DNA from: Candidatus Saccharimonadota bacterium
GTDB lineage: Bacteria; Patescibacteriota; Patescibacteriia; 2-12-FULL-60-25
Direction of reading: 5' to 3'
DNA: 32,000 nt
Assembly (NCBI GenBank): GCA_023898425.1
Contig: CP060222.1
Coordinates: 960,001-992,000, forward strand
The position numbers and the translations under genes are program-made. Positions 8,658-16,054 of this stretch are shown here, in pieces (the first letter of the stretch is position 1; each line of letters starts with the position of its first letter). The notes beneath the pieces were generated by a model that was given only the letters and a program-made list of their open reading frames with translations, did not search any database and had not been told where the DNA came from.

Positions 8658-8690
8658 CCCTTCTTTCCCAAAGAAGGGCAGGGATAATTT
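8658..8690 (-). repeat. hairpin repeat unit C (CCCTTCTTTcccAAAGAAGGGcagggataattt)
   Basis: Same hairpin plus the gcaggg-at-a-tt tail as unit B, in the same orientation, located just upstream of the DUF559 start. Confidence 0.7.
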
Positions 8691-8700
8691 AGTACGAAGG

Positions 8701-10203
8701 CTACCCCTGCCTATAGCTCAGCGCCTCTGCAATATGTTCGGCCTGCACTTCTTGAGAATTTGCGAGGTCGGCGATGGTTTGCCCAACTTTAAGTAGACGA
8801 AAATATGACCGGCCTGACAATTGATAGCGGTCTATGGCGTGCTTCAGGAGTAGTTGAGCTTCTTTTGTAAGAGTAATGCGTTTGCGTACTTGTTCGCTCG
8901 TCATCTCGGCATTGGTTTGAAGGTTTGTTTCTAGAAGACGCTGCCGTTGAATGTGTCGTGCTTGTTCTACGCGATTACGAATAGACTCACTTGTCTCTGC
9001 TTCTAGCTGATCGGTTAAGTCATGTGTTGGAAGCTTGGGTACTTCTAAAAAGAGATCAATGCGATCGAGTAGTGGGCCAGAAAGTTTTTTCTGATAGCGT
9101 AATAACGAAAGCGGTGGACAAACACATGAACGATCAGGGTCCGTGGCAAATCCACATGGGCAAGGATTCATAGCACCGATTAACGAAAAGCGTGCCGGAA
9201 AGGTCATGGCACCCGCAGCGCGTGAGATAGTAACGGTTCCGTCTTCGAGCGGTTGTCGTAATGTTTCTAATACATCGCGAGGAAACTCTAGAAATTCATC
9301 CAAAAACAAAACGCCACGATGCGCTAATGAGATTTCTCCAGGACGTGGGACGGTTCCGCCACCAATAAGCGAGATATCACTCGCGCTATGATGAGGTGCG
9401 CGAAAAGGACGTTCTCTCACCATCGAGTGTTTTGGTAATAGGCCGGCAACAGAATGAATGCGTGTGACTTCTAAAATCTCCTCTAATGATAAACGAGGCA
9501 AGATACTTGGATAACTTCTCGCTAAAAGCGTTTTACCTGACCCAGGTGGTCCTTGGAGCAAAATATTGTGACCGCCAGCGGCTGCAATCTCAAGAGCGCG
9601 TTTTGCCTGTGATTGTCCACGAATGGCTGCAAAGTCAGGATGAATGATAGGCGAAGCGGTAAGAGTATCGCTTTGAGCGATAGGTAATGTGTATTTGCCC
9701 TTTAATGATTTGATGATTTCGCTCAGATGATTTGCAGTACGAATTTCTATATCTGTAACTAAAGCAGCCTCAGGTCCATTTTCTGTAGGGAGGATGAGCT
9801 GTTTGATGCCGAGCTCTTTTGCGAGCAAGGCAAAAGAGAGTGCGCCATGGACAGGTCGCAAGCAACCATCTAAAGAGAGCTCTCCTGCAACGAGTAGTCC
9901 CTCTAGTGATTCTGATTTTATACTGCCATGCTCTGCAAGTATCACGAGGGCAATTGGGAGATCAAAAGGAGTGCCAACCTTTTTTACATCTGCTGGAGCG
10001 AGGTTGACGGTGATACGTGTTTTAGGAAAATCATTAATAGCGTGTTTGATAGCGGACTTTACCCGTTCGCGTGCTTCTTGCACGGCGGTATCAGGTAATC
10101 CAACGAGTGTGAGTGCTGGGAGTCCGTTAGAAATGTCTGCTTCTACGGTTATGGAACGCGCATCTAACCCAATGATAGAGGCGGTAAGAATTGATGAGGC
10201 CAT
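8701..10203 (-). CDS. comM: YifB/ComM family Mg-chelatase-like AAA+ ATPase
   Basis: N-terminal Lon-protease-like domain (LVGLPDTAVQEARERVKSAI), Walker A LLQGPPGSGKT, Walker B GVLFLDEF, and a C-terminal helical domain. Confidence 0.9.
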   Translation of the reverse strand: MASSILTASIIGLDARSITVEADISNGLPALTLVGLPDTAVQEARERVKSAIKHAINDFPKTRITVNLAPADVKKVGTPFDLPIALVILAEHGSIKSESLEGLLVAGELSLDGCLRPVHGALSFALLAKELGIKQLILPTENGPEAALVTDIEIRTANHLSEIIKSLKGKYTLPIAQSDTLTASPIIHPDFAAIRGQSQAKRALEIAAAGGHNILLQGPPGSGKTLLARSYPSILPRLSLEEILEVTRIHSVAGLLPKHSMVRERPFRAPHHSASDISLIGGGTVPRPGEISLAHRGVLFLDEFLEFPRDVLETLRQPLEDGTVTISRAAGAMTFPARFSLIGAMNPCPCGFATDPDRSCVCPPLSLLRYQKKLSGPLLDRIDLFLEVPKLPTHDLTDQLEAETSESIRNRVEQARHIQRQRLLETNLQTNAEMTSEQVRKRITLTKEAQLLLKHAIDRYQLSGRSYFRLLKVGQTIADLANSQEVQAEHIAEALSYRQG

Positions 10204-10259
10204 ACATACCCCGTTCCATAGGATGAGACTTTACGTCAAGACCTGTGTATACTGCCGTC

Positions 10260-11450
10260 ATGTCTTATATAGTTACGCTAAACCAAGAGAGCCAGTTGAT
10301 TCTGGGTTCTGGAGAGACGATTCCTTGGTACAAAACGTGGCGTATTGTGTTTGTTGTTATTGCTCTACTTCTTATAGTGTTTTCTGGGTTTATGTCATGG
10401 TGGTTATCGCAAACCATCAAGTTACCAGCAGAACCATTGATCACTCTTGTTGCATCACCGAGACAAGCAAAGCAATTTATCGCAGAAGAATGGCTAGAGC
10501 GTTTACCTGATACCTGGCAAACGGCAATTTCAGAAGATACACGCCAACCTTGTCTCTTTGGATTAGCGCGTGGCGAACAAAAGCTCATGCCTTTTGTTAT
10601 TTGTCATAATAAGACAATAGGCGAGGGGCTTGATTGGGAGAGGGGAGATTCAATATCACGCTACCAATTGATAAAAGATAGTTGGCGATATGGTTATGTT
10701 GATGTGCAATTGAGGCTTTTGTCAGAGATCGTCCAGATCAATATGCCTATGATGGATATTGATACGGTACGTTTTACTATTCAGCATGATCATCTCGTTT
10801 CGGATGCAACGCTAAGCTCTTTGCCTAATGCACAAGCAGGCTCAGAGCGTACGGGGGTTGTCTTACCAGTATCAGACGCTGATGTGATGCTCGCTTTCTC
10901 AAAAGAAACTTGGGATTCTATCCCTTCGGTACCAATCACGCTTTTTCCTGGATTGCCAAATCTCCAGCGTTTAAAGGAGTTGCCAGCGATTGTTCAGTAC
11001 GAAACGTGGTTATCCGCATCTGGTACACCCGACCTTAGACGTATACGATTTGCAGAAAACCTCACCGAGGATCAAGCAGCTAAGGTATTGATGTATTTTG
11101 GAGTCACTCAACGCAAACAAATTGTATTACCGGATGGTTCATTGTCGTATGAAAGGGTCTTACCACAAGCGGCAACTGGTACAACCATGTTTGATACATG
11201 GCAAAATGATCGTGGTGAGTGGCTTGCTCTTGATCCTCGTATGATGCGGTTATCACCAACATCAACCTTTAGAGAAGACAAATCACAGGTTGCAACCTGT
11301 AAAAACCAAGTACCTTGGCTGAGGCTCTCAAAACCCGTTGTCTATCAATTATTACGGACATTAGATTGGACAAATGCACCAGCGGTGGATTCGCTTCCGA
11401 AAATCTCCTTTGGATCTGAAAAAGAACGTCTTACGATCTGTGCAGAATGA
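10260..11450 (+). CDS. hypothetical single-pass membrane protein
   Basis: ORF with a TM helix WRIVFVVIALLLIVFSGFMSWWL near the N-terminus. ATG at 10260 lies 6 nt after a TATACT box. The maximal ORF begins at GTG 10245, which lies inside that box region. No family recognised. Confidence 0.65.
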   Translation: MSYIVTLNQESQLILGSGETIPWYKTWRIVFVVIALLLIVFSGFMSWWLSQTIKLPAEPLITLVASPRQAKQFIAEEWLERLPDTWQTAISEDTRQPCLFGLARGEQKLMPFVICHNKTIGEGLDWERGDSISRYQLIKDSWRYGYVDVQLRLLSEIVQINMPMMDIDTVRFTIQHDHLVSDATLSSLPNAQAGSERTGVVLPVSDADVMLAFSKETWDSIPSVPITLFPGLPNLQRLKELPAIVQYETWLSASGTPDLRRIRFAENLTEDQAAKVLMYFGVTQRKQIVLPDGSLSYERVLPQAATGTTMFDTWQNDRGEWLALDPRMMRLSPTSTFREDKSQVATCKNQVPWLRLSKPVVYQLLRTLDWTNAPAVDSLPKISFGSEKERLTICAE

Positions 11451-11502
11451 TATCCATAGTTTATCCACAAGCTGAAAGCAGGAGTGGATAACGTTATCCA
11501 CA
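11450..11502. promoter_or_regulatory. cluster of DnaA boxes
   Basis: TTATCCACA at 11461-11469 (perfect). agTGGATAA at 11483-11491 is TTATCCACT on the opposite strand (8/9). TTATCCACA at 11494-11502 (perfect). ATATCCATA at 11450-11458 (7/9). Confidence 0.7.
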
Positions 11503-11528
11503 AAGCGCCGTTATAAAACGGCGCTTTG
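11501..11528. terminator. bidirectional hairpin terminator
   Basis: caaagcgccgtt-ataa-aacggcgctttg, a perfect 12-bp stem, about 50 nt after the stop at 11450. Confidence 0.65.
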
Positions 11529-11560
11529 TTAAGCCAAAAAATTTTCTTATCGCCTATTCT

Positions 11561-11589
11561 TTGTAGGGGTATATGAAATATGTTATAGT
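11561..11589 (+). promoter_or_regulatory. candidate sigma70-type promoter
   Basis: TTGTAG, 17-nt spacer, TATAGT in an AT-rich stretch. No ORF follows. Confidence 0.3.
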
Positions 11590-11595
11590 AGAGAT

Positions 11596-12270
11596 GTCCA
11601 GCGAGAGTCTCAATCACTCCAGGGACATTTGAACCTTCGAGGCGCGTTCTTTTTTGCCTCACCCCCGTATCGAGAGAGGACAAGCCTCTCCGTACACGTC
11701 CTACGCTTTTGCGGGACACGATTCGAACCTTCCGCGTTAACCTGTCCAATGGTGGCGCACAAACTAAACATAGTCGCTAATGGCGATTGACTACCTACAA
11801 GGAGTATCCTTGTCGCACTTTGGTGAGATCATGTGTCTTGTTTCGTTCTTTTCTTGCTTATGAGTGGCCGCTGTCACCATAAGAGCACCTTGTCACGTGT
11901 CGTGATATTCGCACCTTTTGCTACCGAAGATACATCGGACTACATCTCGTATGTCGTTCGACCCAATCTTCTCACTAGGTTCTCGGTGTTTGCTTCGGCA
12001 ATACACCACAGAGACCAAAAAACAAAACTCAATACACCGCTTAAGTTCGTCACTTTGTGACTCGTAGCTTAAACGTTTCAGGCATTCCTTAAAGTTGAGC
12101 GACTTCATGTTGCTCCTAGGACACTGCCGGAACCACGGTGAGAAGAGTAGCCTTAGAGGCCCTCTCATTTGCGTGACTTTGAGTTGACATGATGTCGATT
12201 CGGTCCCCAGAGGAACACCTCGTCGAGACCCCAGCCAGAAATTTATTTCAAGGGCTTCGGGGTCTCTTTT
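11596..12270 (+). ncRNA. candidate structured non-coding transcript(s), class unknown
   Basis: About 0.7 kb without a credible ORF in an otherwise tightly packed window. It contains many hairpins, e.g. GGTGTTTGC-TTCG-GCAA(T)ACACC with a UUCG loop on the + strand, GAGAGG-ACAAG-CCTCTC, and GCGGGA-(13 nt)-TTCCGC with a G-T pair only on the + strand. It is bounded by a candidate promoter and a +-strand terminator. Confidence 0.3.
12225..12270 (+). terminator. rho-independent terminator (+ strand)
   Basis: GAGACCCCAGCC-(16 nt)-GGCT(TC)GGGGTCTC followed by TTTT. There is no T-run on the opposite strand. Confidence 0.5.
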
Positions 12271-12297
12271 CATTCTGTATTATTTTATCAAGGCACT

Positions 12298-12326
12298 TTG
12301 CTATTACCATCGATTTTGGATATACT
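12298..12326 (+). promoter_or_regulatory. promoter of the DksA/TraR-like gene, probably leaderless
   Basis: TTGCTA, 17-nt spacer, TATACT. The ATG at 12336 is only 9 nt downstream and no Shine-Dalgarno is present. Confidence 0.5.
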
Positions 12327-12335
12327 GGTGTCCAT

Positions 12336-12704
12336 ATGACTGCCACATTTTTGGAAGAAATCAAATCAAAGCTTGTCGAAGAACAGGCGCGTTTAGAGCA
12401 AGATCTTCATGACATGGGTTATCACAAGGATGATGAAGGCAATGTGTCCGTCGAAGTTGAGTCAGGGAGCAATTCTGACGATGACAATGCGAGCGAAGTA
12501 ACAGCGATGGCTGATGGCTTGTCTGTTGCCGAACGTCTTACCTCAGAACTAAAAGATGTAAAAAAAGCGCTCGTCTCAATAGAAGCAGGTTCATACGGTA
12601 TTTGTAAGTACTGCAAAAAACCTATTGATGAAAAACGTCTTTTAGCAAGACCGGCTTCTTCTTCTTGTATTGAGTGTAAGAAAACGTTGACGCAAGAACT
12701 CTAA
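12336..12704 (+). CDS. DksA/TraR family C4-type zinc-finger protein
   Basis: N-terminal coiled coil followed by CKYCKKPIDEKRLLARPASSSCIECK (CxxC-x17-CxxC). The start is taken at the Met after the promoter; the 49 upstream codons of the maximal ORF overlap the terminator and promoter. Confidence 0.8.
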   Translation: MTATFLEEIKSKLVEEQARLEQDLHDMGYHKDDEGNVSVEVESGSNSDDDNASEVTAMADGLSVAERLTSELKDVKKALVSIEAGSYGICKYCKKPIDEKRLLARPASSSCIECKKTLTQEL

Positions 12705-12708
12705 GAAC

Positions 12709-13170
12709 ATGTCGGCCCCTTCATTCTATCGATGGTTATCGTTAGGTGCTGGGGCTTTTTTGTTTTTTCTTGTTGATTTGATAACCAAGCTATGGTTTTT
12801 TGGTTATGAAGCACCTCTTCTTGGATTATTGATTCGTTTTGAGCGTCATGAGAATCATGGTCTAAGCTTTAATATTCCTGTGCCCGGATTTATTCCGTTG
12901 TTTGTAGCTATGATAGCTATAACGACATGTGTAGTTTATTTTTATAAAAGCCATACATCGCTCAGCTTAGGTCAAAAAGTCGCGCTCGCATTGTTTATTG
13001 GTGGAACATTAGGAAATGCTTATGATCGTTTTATCTTTGGCTATGTTCGTGATTGGATAGCGATATATCGATCTATTTTTAACCTTGCAGATGTCTTTAT
13101 TTTGATTGGGTTAGGGTTGCTTTTGACAAAGTACTCGGTAGCAGCCCCTACCCCCGATAAACTTCGCTAG
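12709..13170 (+). CDS. lspA: lipoprotein signal peptidase II
   Basis: Four TM segments with NHGLSFN, GGTLGNAYDRFIFGYVRDWI and FNLADVFILIG motifs. The last approximately 10 codons are encoded by the border of the adjacent DUF559 cassette. Confidence 0.9.
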   Translation: MSAPSFYRWLSLGAGAFLFFLVDLITKLWFFGYEAPLLGLLIRFERHENHGLSFNIPVPGFIPLFVAMIAITTCVVYFYKSHTSLSLGQKVALALFIGGTLGNAYDRFIFGYVRDWIAIYRSIFNLADVFILIGLGLLLTKYSVAAPTPDKLR

Positions 13171-13677
13171 CGCTTATTTATCGACCCCTTCCCAAGCTTG
13201 GGAAGGGTTTTGTATTTGACAAAGTTTTCTAAAAATGAACGGAGTAGTTGCTATGCAAACAAGAATCTATAATCTGCCACAATATAAAGAAAGACGCAGA
13301 GAGCTAAGAAGAGAGATGACGGCTCCAGAAATTATTTTGTGGGAGAATTTAAGAGGGTCGCAAATGGGCTGTCGAATTCGACGACAACACGGTATTGGGC
13401 AATATATTGTCGATTTTACTGTGCATCCGCACGGCTCATTATTGAAATTGATGGTTCGGTACATGATTCGATCGCCAGAGTAGAGTATGATGATATTAGA
13501 GATGCTTATCTAGAGAGTTTTGGTCATAGGATTCTACGATTTACAAATCAGCAGGTCCTGAATGATCTTTCGACTGTTCTATTTCAGATAAGGGCTGCCA
13601 TCCAAAAAACCCTTCTCAAACTTGAGAAGGGGTCGCCTCGACAGAGCAAAGCGTCGTCGAGCGGGGGTAGAGCCTGC
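13143..13677 (+). mobile_element. DUF559 hairpin-IR cassette, copy 2
   Basis: Outer inverted-repeat pair is CCCCTACCCCCG (13145-13156) and CGGGGGTAG (13662-13670). Inner hairpin TIRs are cgaccccttcccaagcttgggaagggttttg (13182-13212) and its inverted partner at 13605-13635, 27/31 identical. Internal TTGACA, the GAACGGAGTAG RBS block and the DUF559 ORF are homologous to copy 3. Confidence 0.6.
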
Positions 13678-13698
13678 AAGGGGTTAGCTCTTTCTTAA
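13253..13698 (+). pseudogene. DUF559 domain protein, copy 2, interrupted by a 1-nt frameshift
   Basis: MQTRIYNLPQYKERRRELRREMTAPEIILWENLRGSQMGCRIRRQHGIGQYIVDF is in one frame. YCASARLIIEIDGSVHDS...GHRILRFTNQQVL is in the next. The switch is at the T4 run 13414-13417, where the paralogue implies T5. There is no stop before the right TIR, so the ORF reads through to 13698. Confidence 0.8.
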
Positions 13699-14301
13699 AG
13701 GTTTGCTATCTTTTTCGCTAGGTTTGTATTCAGGATCAAGTCTCTTCATTGAGAGGTTGATGCGACCTTTGTCGTCAATCTCGTAAGCAACGACGCGAAC
13801 TTTATCACCAATGTTTACGACATCGGTTGGTTTCTCGACACGTGTTAGCTTCATTTCTGATACGTGAACAAGGCCGTCTACTTTAGGAGCGATATTTACA
13901 AAGGCACCAAAGTCCATCATGCGAACAACGGTTCCTTCGAAGATTTCACCAACTTCGATTTCGCGTGTCATTGATTTGATAAAGTTTACAGCGCCCGCCA
14001 TGTTTTCGGCATTATTTGATGTGACGGATACGGTGCCATCGTCAGCGATATCAATTTCTACATTGTAGGTCGCGATAATCTCGTTGATCATTTTGCCACC
14101 TGGACCAATGACTTCGCGGATTTTGTCAGGGTTGATCTTAAAGCTCTCGATACGAGGAGCAAAAGGAGAGAGCTCTGAACGTACTTCTGGGATCGTCTCA
14201 AGCATGGACTTTAAGATATGGAGACGAGCATCGCGGGCACGAGCAATGGTTTCTTCGACAACATGCCAAGGAATGCCATGAGTTTTTGTGTCCATTTGCA
14301 C
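13684..14301 (-). CDS. pnp: polyribonucleotide nucleotidyltransferase (PNPase), C-terminal fragment (end of second PH domain, KH and S1 domains)
   Basis: QMDTKTHGIPWHVVEETIARARDARLHIL, KH motif IREVIGPGGKMINEI, and S1 motif GEIFEGTVVRMMDFGAFVNI...GLVHVSE. Confidence 0.9.
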   Translation of the reverse strand: MQMDTKTHGIPWHVVEETIARARDARLHILKSMLETIPEVRSELSPFAPRIESFKINPDKIREVIGPGGKMINEIIATYNVEIDIADDGTVSVTSNNAENMAGAVNFIKSMTREIEVGEIFEGTVVRMMDFGAFVNIAPKVDGLVHVSEMKLTRVEKPTDVVNIGDKVRVVAYEIDDKGRINLSMKRLDPEYKPSEKDSKPLRKS

Positions 14302-15863
14302 GGCGGTAATGCCATTTTTGTTCCTGCGATTTTAAAGTCCATACCACCGGTTCCATCTTCGAGATCCTGAAGATCAGTAATCACTTGAAATCGGCCAGTT
14401 GCTTCGTCTGAGGCAACACCCATCGCGATACCAGCGACAGGCTCTTTGATCGGTACGCCTGCATCCATCAGAGCGAGGGTTGATCCACAGGTAGCTCCCA
14501 TAGAGCTTGAGCCATTTGAGCCTAGCACTTCTGATACAACGCGAATTGTGTAAGGAAACTCGTCTTTACTAGGTAATACGTCTAGGAGTGCACGTTCTGC
14601 GAGAGCACCGTGACCAATTTCGCGACGTCCTGGTCCACGATTAGATTTTGCTTCACCAACCGAGTAACCCGGAAAGTTGTAGTGATGAAAGTAGCGCTTG
14701 GTTGTTTGGAATTCCATCGTATCAAGCGTTTGTTCCATGCCTGGAGAGCCAAGCGTGACCGCGGTAAGCACTTGCGTTGAACCACGTTCAAATAAACCAG
14801 AGCCATGAGTACGTGGGATAAGCCCAACCATAGAACCGAGTGAACGAACTTCATGAAGCTCACGACCATCAGCACGACGCTTCTCGTCTAAAATAAGTTT
14901 GGTGACTTCTGAGTCTACAAAACCATCGAGAACGCTTTCTGCTTTTTTAAGATCATCTTTGCCAATGCCGATAGCTGCAAGGTTTTCTGCCAAGGCTTTT
15001 TTCAAGCGGCCAACAGCTGCTTTACGGTCTGCTTTTGATTTAAGCGGTTCTGCAAACAAGACACCTCGCTGCGTAGATAAGAACGCGAGAGCTTTGTCGG
15101 CGATTTCTTTGCGTTTCGCCTTTTTCTCTGCATCTTCGGCGTCTTTTGGTGCTGTTGGATCAAGTTTTGTTTTACCTACGGCTTCACGTACTTGATGAAT
15201 GAGATCGATAACAGGGGAGAGATGGGCATGAGCGAGCTTCATTGCTTCGAGCATGTCAGCGTCACTTAGTTGTGCAGCGCCCGCCTCGACCATAAGCGTT
15301 TTTTCTGCGGTACCTGCAACAACAAGATCAAGATCACCAACAAGCGTCTCTTCGTAAGTAGGCATGACGATAAATTTGCCATCACGGCGACCAATACGAA
15401 TAGCGGCAATTGGGCCAGCCCATGGAATATCTGAGATGGCGAGCGCACAAGAAGCGCCGATCAATCCAGGAATATCAGCGTCATTTACTTGATCATGTGA
15501 GAATACGGTGGCAATGACGGCAACTTCGTTGCGTAATGTGTCCGAAAAGAGGGGGCGAATGGCACGATCGATAAGACGTCCTGAGAGAATAGCTTCATCC
15601 GTAGGGCGGCCTTCGCGTTTAATAAAGCGAGAGCCTTTGATACGACCGGCGGCATACATACGCTCTTCAAAATCCACCATAAGTGGAAAGTATTCAGCGT
15701 CTTCTTTGGCGTTTCCAAGAGTAGCGGTAGCAAGGATTACGGTGTCACCGTAACGAACGGTACAAGAACCGTTTGCTTGTTGAGCGAGCTGACCGACGGA
15801 GATCGTCAAATCACGCCCAGCCCAATTGATAGAAAAGGATTTGGAGGGGTTTAATGAGGGCAT
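14211..15863 (-). CDS. pnp: PNPase, N-terminal fragment (two RNase PH-like domains), frameshifted at its 3' end
   Basis: RPLFSDTLRNEV, FPGYSVGE and GGMDFKIAGT are present. After AGTK the frame becomes nonsense. Restoring one A in the A5 run (T5 at 14315-14319 on the + strand) gives AGTKNGITAVQMDTK. Confidence 0.9.
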   Translation of the reverse strand: MPSLNPSKSFSINWAGRDLTISVGQLAQQANGSCTVRYGDTVILATATLGNAKEDAEYFPLMVDFEERMYAAGRIKGSRFIKREGRPTDEAILSGRLIDRAIRPLFSDTLRNEVAVIATVFSHDQVNDADIPGLIGASCALAISDIPWAGPIAAIRIGRRDGKFIVMPTYEETLVGDLDLVVAGTAEKTLMVEAGAAQLSDADMLEAMKLAHAHLSPVIDLIHQVREAVGKTKLDPTAPKDAEDAEKKAKRKEIADKALAFLSTQRGVLFAEPLKSKADRKAAVGRLKKALAENLAAIGIGKDDLKKAESVLDGFVDSEVTKLILDEKRRADGRELHEVRSLGSMVGLIPRTHGSGLFERGSTQVLTAVTLGSPGMEQTLDTMEFQTTKRYFHHYNFPGYSVGEAKSNRGPGRREIGHGALAERALLDVLPSKDEFPYTIRVVSEVLGSNGSSSMGATCGSTLALMDAGVPIKEPVAGIAMGVASDEATGRFQVITDLQDLEDGTGGMDFKIAGTKMALPPCKWTQKLMAFLGMLSKKPLLVPAMLVSIS

Positions 15864-16054
15864 AAAAGGTTAACTATTCTGATAAGAACTCATCCCAAGA
15901 CGGAAGCGGCAAGTGGCCGGTCGGCGTCTAAGGACGAGTAGGGTGATGATAGCCTTCATTGAGTTTATTGGCAATTGTACAGAATATACTTGACAATAAT
16001 ACTAAAATATGATGATGTCTGTGGGCAATTTCGCATCCAACAAATAGAGGTAGC

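Noticed and set aside
9794-10510. 238-aa + strand ORF overlapping comM antisense and the divergent promoter. Similar antisense ORFs occur in pnp (14899-15195, 15508-15753), leuS and the GHKL gene.
   Set aside because: These are antisense shadows of well-supported genes with no independent signals.
11712-11735. tRNA-like T-loop motif GGTTCGAATC (minus strand; cgattcgaacc on the + strand).
   Set aside because: The flanking 5-nt segments do not pair as a T-stem on either strand, and no acceptor, D or anticodon arms can be built. The local hairpin GCGGGA-(13 nt)-TTCCGC is not tRNA-like.
11700-12225. tmRNA (ssrA) on the minus strand. The minus-strand sequence GGGGACCGAATCGAC... (about 12211-12225) resembles a tmRNA 5' end, and ...GTGCGCCACCA (about 11749-11759) resembles a CCA-bearing 3' end.
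   Set aside because: The two ends are not complementary (GGGGACC against GTGCGCC). No G3:U70 pair, no proper T-arm adjacent to the ACCA and no convincing alanine-resume tag ORF ending in a hydrophobic A-rich tail could be found. An Infernal search is needed before any call.
11345-12273. ORFs 11345-11749 (-), 11833-12060 (+) and 11893-12273 (-) as protein-coding genes.
   Set aside because: They are Cys/Arg/Ser-rich low-plausibility translations and are mutually overlapping. They lack RBS signals and run through terminator hairpins, DnaA boxes and the 3' end of the neighbouring gene, so they are treated as non-coding.
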